Source: an uncultured bacterium (GTDB lineage Bacteria > Krumholzibacteriota > Krumholzibacteriia > LZORAL124-64-63). Taken from it: DNA of 64,000 bases. Each line of letters starts with the position of its first letter. Positions within the stretch are counted from its first letter, which is position 1. The position numbers were made by a program, and so were the translations under genes. The notes beneath the pieces were generated by a model that saw nothing but the letters and a program-made list of their open reading frames with translations, was not told the DNA's origin and did not search any database. Positions 18,494 to 25,697 of the stretch are shown in pieces. The stretch spans positions 480,001 through 544,000 of the forward strand of contig CAVSGO010000007.1 in the NCBI GenBank assembly GCA_963727525.1, in the 5' to 3' direction.

Positions 18494-21400
18494 ATGCAGG
18501 TTATGGGCGATCGGTTTGATGGATTCGATAGCTATCCGCCGGGGCGCGAAGGAATTCGACGTACCGACGGGATAAGCGAGTATGAGCGGCTCGAGGAGGT
18601 CGGGGATCTCCACTTCCAGGCCGCCGCGTACTCGACTGCGCTCGATTACTACCGTCAAATCCTGCCTGCCGCGGTTCTGGACCGCTTCTCTCCTGCCCGC
18701 GCACTCGCTATCCTGCGCAAGGCACTCAACGCGCATCTCAATCTCGGGCAGATGAAACAGGTGGACGTACTTCTCGTCCGCGCGCACGCCGTGCTGAAGA
18801 ACGGGGTCGATCTCGCGCCGGCCGAGCTGGCACGGGAGCGCGCCCTGTTCATGGTGCGGCAGGCCGTCCTGCTGATGCAACGGTCGGACCATCAGGCGGC
18901 ACTGGACGTCGCGAAGCGGGCCTTCGCGATTCTCGCTCTGACAGATTTCCATGCCGAGGTCGCAAACCTCCAGCTCATCATGGGCGGTTGCCACCAGCGT
19001 ATGGGGCGACTCGACAAGGCGGAGGAGTTCTATCTCGACAGCCTGAGTACATTCCGCCGCGTGGGCGACGAGGTCGGCGCCGCTTCGCTCTATGGCAACC
19101 TCGCCCTGCTCTACAAGGTCCGTTGCTGCTGGGGCAAGGCCCTCGATCTGATGGACAAGGCGATTGCGCTCGTGGAGAAGCACGGCGCGCCGCAGCTCCT
19201 GACGGGATTCTTTCTCAACCAGGGCCTCGTCTATCTGAAGGTGGGGCGGTTCGCCGAGGCGCAGCTCGTGTTCGACAAGAGTCTGCGGCTCTGCCGGAGC
19301 CTGGGCGACCAGATCCGCGAACCCAAGGTCCTGCTGGCCCTGGGGCGACTGGAATTCCTCGAGGGGCGCCTGGCGCGGGCCGAGGAGACGGTGCTGGCCG
19401 GCAAGGCGCTCGCCGAACGTCTGCGGATGCGCCGCGAGTCCGTGATCGCCGACGAGTACTTCGGCGATATCCAGCTCGGGCGTGCTGATCCGCAGCATGC
19501 GCTGGAAACCTACGGATTCGGACTGGAGAAGAACCGCGGACTCGCGCACGCGGGCGACCTCGAGGCCGAACTCCTGCGCCGGGTCGCCGAGGCTCAGCGT
19601 CAGCTCGGTCACCACGCCGACGCCATCGCAACGGCCCACGCGGCCATAGCGGCCTGCGAGGCGAGCGGGGAAGTCTACGAGTTCGGTTTCTGCCGTCTGA
19701 CCCTGGCGCATGCCTACGCGGCACAGGGTGACTGGGAGCAGGCCGACGCGCATTTCCGGGGGGCGATCGACATCTTCCGCGGGCAGCATCTCGATCGCGA
19801 ATGGTGCGACACCGTGCTGCAGTACCTCGAGACGCGCCTCGAGTCGGCCGACAAGCCGGTCCTGCTCCTTTTGCGCCGCTTTCTCATCGACGCCCAGGCC
19901 CAGGCCGCGGCCGAGATCGGCGATGTCACCCTGTACGACTGCTTGCGCGGGCTCGTTCGGGTGCAACTTCGACTCGGACTCTTCGACGATGCTCTGCTTA
20001 CCGTATTCGAACTCGAACGCCACGCGCGCGGGCTCGACGATCCCGAGCGCCTCACGCTCGCAGAGCGCCTGCGGCAGGTGGTCGAGGCCGGCATGGTCGG
20101 GGGCCTCGAGGAAGCTGGATCCCCGCTCGTCGCGCTCTCCGGAATTCCCGGGCTCTTCAGTGCCGCGGACGGTTCGTTGACCCGTAACCTCGGATCGGTC
20201 CTGACGGCGGTGCGCGAGAAGGTGGGCGCGGATGTGGGATTCCTCGCCCTCGGGGAGCCCGGCAAACCGGCCACGTGGGGTCCCGCCGCGCGTCAGGGCG
20301 TGACGGAAAATCTCGTCGGGCAATTGCTGCGCTGGTTCGCCGATGAACGCAACCGGGATGGCGGGGATCAGGCACTCCTCGTGTCCCGGGTTTCGCGGCA
20401 CGCTGCCCTCGGCCGCGCGGTTCCGGCGCTGGCGGAGAACGTGGCGAGCTGTGTGTTCATGCCGATCACGGTGCACGACCGCGTGTTTGGGTTCTTGTTT
20501 CTAGGGCGCACCGTGGCCGAAGACGTTGCTTGTTTCGACCAGCAGGCCCTCGACTTCCTCGCGACGTACATGGGATTCCTGGCCCTGTTCCTGACCGACA
20601 AGATGCACCCTGCGGCCGAACCTCTGACCGCCTCCGAAGCCGATACGTTCGGTAACGTGATCACCCGCAACGAGCAGATGCTCGATGTGCTCTTGCTCAT
20701 CCGCAAAGTCGCGCCGAGCGATCTGACCGTGCTTCTGCGCGGCGAGACGGGGACCGGCAAGGGGTTGCTCGCCTACGCCCTGCATGCGCTCAGCCGCCGC
20801 AGCGAGCGCCGGTTCGTGGCGATCAACTGCGCCGCGATTCCTGAGACGCTGCTGGAAAGCGAACTGTTCGGTCATCTCAAGGGCAGCTTCACGGGAGCGG
20901 ATGTCGACAAGAAGGGGCTTCTCGTAGAGGCCGAGGGCGGTACGGTGTTCCTCGACGAGATCGGGAAGATGCCCCTCACGATGCAGGGCAAGCTGCTGCA
21001 CTTCCTCGACACGAAGGTGGTGCGCCCGGTAGGCTCCGCCCAGGAACGGGCGGTGGACGTGCGCATCGTCTGCGCCTCGAAATCCGATCTGCGGCAGCTC
21101 GTCGAGTCGGGACGCTTCCTCGAGGATCTCTACTTCCGATTGCTCGATTTCCCGATCGTGGTACCACCTCTGCGCGAGCGACCGGACGACATCCCGCTTC
21201 TCGCTGGCCACTTCGTGCAGCGGTTCGCAGGCGAGCTCGCGACCGAGGCGCCCGAGATCGGCAACGCGTGCATGGATGCTCTCGTCCAGTTCGACTGGCG
21301 AGGCAACGTGCGAGAGCTGGAGAAATGCCTGAAACGCGCCATGATCCTGGCGCAAGGCGAACCCGTACTGCGCCCGGATCATCTGCCGCGCGAGATGGTG

Positions 21401-21595
21401 CCATATCTCGCCGGAGGCGGTGGGGCCGACGTGATGCCACTTCGCGATATGCTGGCTGCCGTCGAGTCGCGTGAGATTGCGCGAGCCTTGCGCATGACGG
21501 CCGGCAACAAGGCGGCTGCGGCGCGCCGTCTTCAGATTTCCTATCCGAACCTTCTCAAGAAGATCCGCTTCTTCGGCCTCGCGGACGAGACCTGA
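18494..21595 (+). CDS. TPR-repeat + GAF-like + sigma54 AAA+ enhancer-binding protein with C-terminal HTH
   Basis: N-terminal TPR-like helices (e.g. ASLYGNLALLY...ALDLMDKAIAL, NQGLVYLKVGRFAEA); GAF-like segment (CVFMPITVHDRVFGFLFL); GETGTGK, ESELFGHLKGSFTGA, FLDEIG, WRGNVRELE; HTH GNKAAAARRLQISY. No receiver domain. Confidence 0.93.
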   Translation: MQVMGDRFDGFDSYPPGREGIRRTDGISEYERLEEVGDLHFQAAAYSTALDYYRQILPAAVLDRFSPARALAILRKALNAHLNLGQMKQVDVLLVRAHAVLKNGVDLAPAELARERALFMVRQAVLLMQRSDHQAALDVAKRAFAILALTDFHAEVANLQLIMGGCHQRMGRLDKAEEFYLDSLSTFRRVGDEVGAASLYGNLALLYKVRCCWGKALDLMDKAIALVEKHGAPQLLTGFFLNQGLVYLKVGRFAEAQLVFDKSLRLCRSLGDQIREPKVLLALGRLEFLEGRLARAEETVLAGKALAERLRMRRESVIADEYFGDIQLGRADPQHALETYGFGLEKNRGLAHAGDLEAELLRRVAEAQRQLGHHADAIATAHAAIAACEASGEVYEFGFCRLTLAHAYAAQGDWEQADAHFRGAIDIFRGQHLDREWCDTVLQYLETRLESADKPVLLLLRRFLIDAQAQAAAEIGDVTLYDCLRGLVRVQLRLGLFDDALLTVFELERHARGLDDPERLTLAERLRQVVEAGMVGGLEEAGSPLVALSGIPGLFSAADGSLTRNLGSVLTAVREKVGADVGFLALGEPGKPATWGPAARQGVTENLVGQLLRWFADERNRDGGDQALLVSRVSRHAALGRAVPALAENVASCVFMPITVHDRVFGFLFLGRTVAEDVACFDQQALDFLATYMGFLALFLTDKMHPAAEPLTASEADTFGNVITRNEQMLDVLLLIRKVAPSDLTVLLRGETGTGKGLLAYALHALSRRSERRFVAINCAAIPETLLESELFGHLKGSFTGADVDKKGLLVEAEGGTVFLDEIGKMPLTMQGKLLHFLDTKVVRPVGSAQERAVDVRIVCASKSDLRQLVESGRFLEDLYFRLLDFPIVVPPLRERPDDIPLLAGHFVQRFAGELATEAPEIGNACMDALVQFDWRGNVRELEKCLKRAMILAQGEPVLRPDHLPREMVPYLAGGGGADVMPLRDMLAAVESREIARALRMTAGNKAAAARRLQISYPNLLKKIRFFGLADET

Positions 21596-21672
21596 TCCCT
21601 GGAATCAACGATCGACGCCCAGGCATTGCCTTGCTGCCGCATGGAACGGATTGCGCCGCGGGGCTCCCAGGG

Positions 21673-21826
21673 TATAAATCTTTTTGTCATCCCAACTCAT
21701 TGTATCCAAGCGAGTTACGATTCGTGCGGGCTGATTGTAAATTCGTTTTATAGTGCGGCCCGGACACTCGCGCGCCAAAGCACTTTTCTGCTCTGCAACG
21801 TATTTTATTGTAACGACTTATAAAAC
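21673..21826 (+). promoter_or_regulatory. AT-rich sigma54 enhancer region: candidate activator palindromes and IHF-like sites
   Basis: TATAAA-N5-TTGTCA (21673-89) and TGTAAA-N5-TTTATA (21736-52), 63 bp apart; IHF-like ATACAA-N4-TTG (minus, 21693-705) and TTGTAA-N4-TTA (21808-20). Confidence 0.5.
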
Positions 21827-21845
21827 AGAATAGGTCTGCTGTTTC

Positions 21846-21861
21846 CGGCATGACTTCTGCA
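21846..21861 (+). promoter_or_regulatory. sigma54 (-24/-12) promoter
   Basis: CGGCAT-GACTT-CTGCA with GG (21847-48) and GC (21859-60) at the canonical GG-N10-GC spacing; predicted +1 near 21872. Confidence 0.65.
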
Positions 21862-21871
21862 GATAGGGGAT

Positions 21872-22186
21872 CCGAAGGGGTGAGTAGTAGGGAACGAACC
21901 CACTTCATGGAATCAAGATCGTGACTTGGAGGCGCGGAGCGGAGACTCGCGCATACCGGCAAACGCGGGAGACGTTTTCATCATGTAGGTTCGCAACGAG
22001 GACTTAAAGAGGTGGGGTCTTTACATTCCTCGAGTGCGAACGTGGAGAACGACCGCAACACGACCTTCAAGCACGATCTTGGTCTACGTAAGAATTTTGT
22101 GAGCGAAGGGCCCTGGTTGGTTCTGAATTGGCGAGATTCAGAACCAAGATGCCGTTCTCGGCGGCGAGGGCTCTTCGCTATTCTTT
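21872..22186 (+). ncRNA. Unassigned highly structured non-coding RNA (~315 nt)
   Basis: Nested helices read by hand: 21914-32/22064-81 (18 bp, one bulge); 21973-79/22045-51; 21989-95/22035-41; 21997-22002/22027-32; 22005-10/22018-23; 22102-14/22167-79 (13 bp); 22117-28/22136-47 (12 bp perfect). Followed by ATTCTTTGT; no credible ORF. Confidence 0.6.
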
Positions 22187-22452
22187 GTCCCCTCCGTTTC
22201 GCCGTCACCGGACGTGTGTTCCCCGGGTTGATCCCGCCGTCTCCAAAGATGGACGCTGTCCTCCGATCCGCACAGCCGCGACCCGATCGGCGACCGCACA
22301 TCGCGACCGTGACCGAGTACCTCATGGCCCAAGTGTCCGGATCCGGGTGTCATGGCAAGATCTTGTCTTATAGTGTTTTATACCGCGTATGAGCTCGGGT
22401 TGGCCTCGCTAGAAGGGCCGCCCCGACCCGGTATGGCGGCATGGGCCGGCGC

Positions 22453-22468
22453 TGGCACGAAGCCTGCG
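22453..22468 (+). promoter_or_regulatory. sigma54 (-24/-12) promoter for the lipoprotein/DUF4384 operon
   Basis: TGGCAC-GAAGC-CTGCG, GG-N10-GC, about 40 nt upstream of the ATG at 22510. Confidence 0.6.
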
Positions 22469-22509
22469 ATATGGTCGAGAAACACGAGGCGCCCTCGAGG
22501 AGGGAGATC

Positions 22510-23469
22510 ATGACTCGATCCGCAAGAATCCGGCACCGCGACATCGGCCTGCTGCCTCTGGGGTTAGCCCTCGCGCTGGCGTGGGCGCTATCGGGCTGCA
22601 GCAGTGATGATTGCGCCACGTGCGTCGAACCGGCACCCGTCGCTCCGACCAGCGTGTACTCGGAGAGCGGCGACAACCAGATCACGCTCTACTGGAGCGA
22701 TTTCGCCGAGATCTACAGCACCGTCGATCGCTACCAGGTCTTCAGCCGTTTCTACCAGAACGGCGACGAGAACGACCCGAACCGAACGTTCTATCTTATC
22801 GACGAGGTGGCCGTCGGCCAGAACTATGATCCCGACCTCCACCAGTACTCGTATGTCGACAATGCTGCGGACGTGGAGAACGGCGTCGACCTCGAGTATG
22901 CCGTGCGGGCGGTGTCGGCCTCGGGGCAGGCGGGCGATCTGAGCTACGAGCTGGTCATCGACACGCCGCTGCCGATGAGCGCGAGCCCCGTCGAGCTGTT
23001 CGATGCGGGCGGCGCCAATGGCAACCTCGGCGGCTTCGATTTCAGCCGGCTCGACAACGGGCGGGTGGATCCCAATGCCGTCGGAACCTCGGCCGACGTG
23101 AGGGTCGTATTCCGTGACGGCGTGCCATACCTCGAGGCCGTGCGGACCGAGGTGCATCTGCAGGATTTCGGTGTTTTCTCGGGCGGCAACGGGCAGCTCG
23201 ATTTCGCGGGGGTGTCCTGGGCACCGACCGATGGATATTCTGCGGCTGGTGTCCTCGAGATGATCGCCGGACACATCTACGTGGTCGAGATCACGAATGA
23301 ACCGGCCGGGGAGACCCACTACGCAAAGCTGGGCGTGACGAGCATCGTGCCAGCGACCCAGTCGGTCGAGGTGATGTGGGCCTACCAGCTCGTCAATGGT
23401 TTGCAGGAACTGCGTGTTCCTGACGAGCCGTCGCCGCGAGTGGACGAGTACGTCCCGATCAAGCTCTAG
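22510..23469 (+). CDS. Lipoprotein with FN3-like N-terminal domain and possible HmuY-like C-terminal domain
   Basis: AGGGAG RBS; lipobox ALSG-C; PVAPTSVYSESGDNQITLYW...EYAVRAV (FN3-like); HYAKLGVTSI...WAYQ. Confidence 0.8.
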   Translation: MTRSARIRHRDIGLLPLGLALALAWALSGCSSDDCATCVEPAPVAPTSVYSESGDNQITLYWSDFAEIYSTVDRYQVFSRFYQNGDENDPNRTFYLIDEVAVGQNYDPDLHQYSYVDNAADVENGVDLEYAVRAVSASGQAGDLSYELVIDTPLPMSASPVELFDAGGANGNLGGFDFSRLDNGRVDPNAVGTSADVRVVFRDGVPYLEAVRTEVHLQDFGVFSGGNGQLDFAGVSWAPTDGYSAAGVLEMIAGHIYVVEITNEPAGETHYAKLGVTSIVPATQSVEVMWAYQLVNGLQELRVPDEPSPRVDEYVPIKL

Positions 23470-23505
23470 GGCCGCACGACGCGGTCACGACCAGGGAGGC
23501 ACGAC

Positions 23506-25365
23506 ATGACACACAGGAATGCGGACCAGCAACGACATCGCGCGTTGGTGCCCGGCCACTCGCCGGTACCTGGATTCGCGATGGTACGGGGCCTCGTGGT
23601 GATCGCCCTCCTGGTGGTTGCGGCCAGCGTGGCGGTCGGCCAGCCCGAAACGGACAAGAGTGCCCCGGCGAACACCGCCGACGCGGCTGCGCGCTATGCC
23701 GCGCAGGACCTGCGCGTCAACGTATGGGTCGACAAGGGCGGCGATGAGGTATATCGCCGCGGCGAGCTGATGAGCGTGTCGTTCCAGGCCAATGCGGACG
23801 CCTACATCGTCGTCTACCGGATCGACGCGGATGGCCGCGTGGAGATCCTCTGGCCGATCAGTCGCTACAACGATGGCTTCGCCTTCGGTGGGCACGAGTA
23901 CACGCTACCGACGAATGGTTCCGATCGGCTACGCACGGCGAGCGACGAGGGCGTGGGCTACGTGCAAGTGCTTGCCTCGCGCTATCCCTTCGATCTGCGC
24001 GCTCTCGACGTCGATTTCCACCAGGAGCCCTCGCAGCCGATCCACGACTACTACGTGACCGGTGATCCGTTCCTGGCCATGAACGAGGTCAACTTCGCCA
24101 TCACCGGGCTCGATGACCCGGGCGAGTTCGTGGTGAGCAACTACGCTTCCTACTACGTCCACCGTCAGGTCGATCATCCGCGTTACCTCTGTAGCCAGTG
24201 TCACCTCAATGACGGCTATGCGGATCGTCCGTACGATGCGGTCTGCACGATCGAGATCCACCACGACTACGGCTGGGCCAACGACTGGTGGGACACCTAC
24301 CGCTACTATCCCGTGTACTACTACCCGGCGTTCTACTACGTCGATCCGTGGTGGGGATCGCCCTGGGTGTCGTACTGGTACCGGCCGTGGTATCGCTGGC
24401 CTCTGGCCGTGGGCATCTACGACTGGTCGTACACGTGCTACGACTGGCGCTACTCGCCCTACTGGCGGGGCGACTGCTACACGGTGTCGCGCGATCTGCC
24501 GCATCGTTACCGGCCGCTCGACAAGACCCGCGTGGCCGGCGTCGACAAGCATGAAGGAAATGTCGGTTCGCGGCTGGTCACGGCGCGGCGACCGGGAAAT
24601 GACGTGGTCGCGGCCATGAAGTCTCGCGAGGCCGTGCGTAGCGATCGGGTGCGCGACGCTGTACGGAAGAACGATGTAGTGGCAGGCGGCCGGACATACC
24701 GGGACGTGAGCCCCGAGTCGCGGTCGCAGGGAAAGTTCACGCGTGACGGCCAGGGACGGACCTCCCCTGGCCTGCGCGTGCCGGAGAGGGGCGGGAGCGG
24801 TACGGCGCGTGCCGGCGACCGGGGTTCCCGCCCCACCGCCGACCGGCCGATCAGCCCCGCCGGCGGTCGAAAAGTCCTCGGCCCCCGCGTGGAACCGGGC
24901 ACGCCGGATCGCAGCGAGCGAGTCCAGGATACCCGTAGCGGGCGCGAGAGCGGTACGAATCGCCAGACCGGTGACCGCCGAACCATCAGGCCGGTCGAGC
25001 CTCGTCAAGGCTCGGTCTGGTCGGGCCGACGCGGGTCGAGCTCGCGGGGTTCCGAGCCTGCCCGCCCGGCGGAACCGGCGCGCGGCGGTAGCAGTGGCAA
25101 ATCTGGCAGCAGCGGCTCGTCTGGTCGCGTGGAACGCCCCTCCTCGCCGAGTCGCAGCGAAGGCACGTCGCAGAACCGCGAATCCTCGTCCAGTGGCCGA
25201 AGCAGCCACTCGAGCGGCAGCCGCGGCAGTTCCGTCAAGTCTTCGGGGTCGTCGCGCGGATCGTCGCCGGCGCAATCCTCGGGCGGTTCGGCGCGCTCCT
25301 CCTCGGGTACGAGCCGCGGGAGCTCGGGTCGCAGCAGCAGCCAGACCAGGGGAGGCCGGCGCTAG
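23506..25365 (+). CDS. Exported DUF4384-domain protein with Tyr/Trp-rich middle and Ser/Arg/Gly low-complexity tail
   Basis: GGGAGG RBS; signal-like hydrophobic stretch; VWVDKG...YRRGE...DAYIVVYRIDADGRVEILWP (DUF4384-like); WWDTYRYYPVYYYP region; SSGSSRGSS tail. Confidence 0.82.
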   Translation: MTHRNADQQRHRALVPGHSPVPGFAMVRGLVVIALLVVAASVAVGQPETDKSAPANTADAAARYAAQDLRVNVWVDKGGDEVYRRGELMSVSFQANADAYIVVYRIDADGRVEILWPISRYNDGFAFGGHEYTLPTNGSDRLRTASDEGVGYVQVLASRYPFDLRALDVDFHQEPSQPIHDYYVTGDPFLAMNEVNFAITGLDDPGEFVVSNYASYYVHRQVDHPRYLCSQCHLNDGYADRPYDAVCTIEIHHDYGWANDWWDTYRYYPVYYYPAFYYVDPWWGSPWVSYWYRPWYRWPLAVGIYDWSYTCYDWRYSPYWRGDCYTVSRDLPHRYRPLDKTRVAGVDKHEGNVGSRLVTARRPGNDVVAAMKSREAVRSDRVRDAVRKNDVVAGGRTYRDVSPESRSQGKFTRDGQGRTSPGLRVPERGGSGTARAGDRGSRPTADRPISPAGGRKVLGPRVEPGTPDRSERVQDTRSGRESGTNRQTGDRRTIRPVEPRQGSVWSGRRGSSSRGSEPARPAEPARGGSSGKSGSSGSSGRVERPSSPSRSEGTSQNRESSSSGRSSHSSGSRGSSVKSSGSSRGSSPAQSSGGSARSSSGTSRGSSGRSSSQTRGGRR

Positions 25366-25398
25366 GCATCGTCGGGAGTACATCGTCGTCATGGGTAT

Positions 25399-25585
25399 TG
25401 TGTTGGTGTCTTTTCCCCCCATCACCCGGCTGACCGGAAGGGACTCGGATCCTCGCAGAGGTTGGCAGCCAAGGAGAGGGAAGAGCACGGAAGGACGGTC
25501 GGGGACCACCAACACATGTGGAAGGGTCCGGAGCGAAGCTGTTGTCGATCAGGGGTGGCAATGTCGGAGCCCGGACCCTTCCCAG
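25399..25585. ncRNA. Second structured intergenic RNA element (3' UTR or sRNA)
   Basis: TGTGTTGGTG 25399-408 pairs with CACCAACACA 25507-16; CTTTTCCC 25410-17 with GGGAAGAG 25478-85; GGAAGGGTCCGG 25520-31 with CCGGACCCTTCC 25571-82. Confidence 0.45.
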
Positions 25586-25616
25586 ATTCTGAAGACTCGA
25601 GCCGCGGCGGGAGTGT

Positions 25617-25645
25617 TTGACCCCCGCCCGGCGTGTTCTTATCAT
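25617..25645 (+). promoter_or_regulatory. sigma70-type promoter
   Basis: TTGACC-17 bp-TATCAT upstream of the M6-like/porV pair. Confidence 0.65.
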
Positions 25646-25697
25646 GGCCGGCACCTCGCATCGGACGGAATCCGACATCCCCGAAAGGTCCAGGTCG

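Noticed and set aside
21957-22030. c-di-GMP-I (GEMM) riboswitch suggested by GGCAAACGCGGGAGAC
   Set aside because: The expected short P2 closure and following GACGCAAAGC segment are absent; the bases instead take part in a long rod, and no gene follows directly.
21872-22186. 6S RNA, SRP RNA, tmRNA or RNase P identity for the structured RNA
   Set aside because: No tRNA-like ends or tag ORF, no GAGGAAAGUCC P4 motif, no SRP domain IV loop; the multi-branched two-domain fold differs from the single 6S rod. An Rfam search is still needed.
21626-22392. Short ORFs (65-126 aa) in the ORF track across the intergenic region
   Set aside because: No RBS, atypical low-GC3 codon usage and no recognisable motifs; they overlap promoter elements and RNA helices.
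25000-25365. Repeat-like Ser/Gly/Arg-coding DNA
   Set aside because: Low-complexity protein tail with varied codons, not a DNA repeat element.
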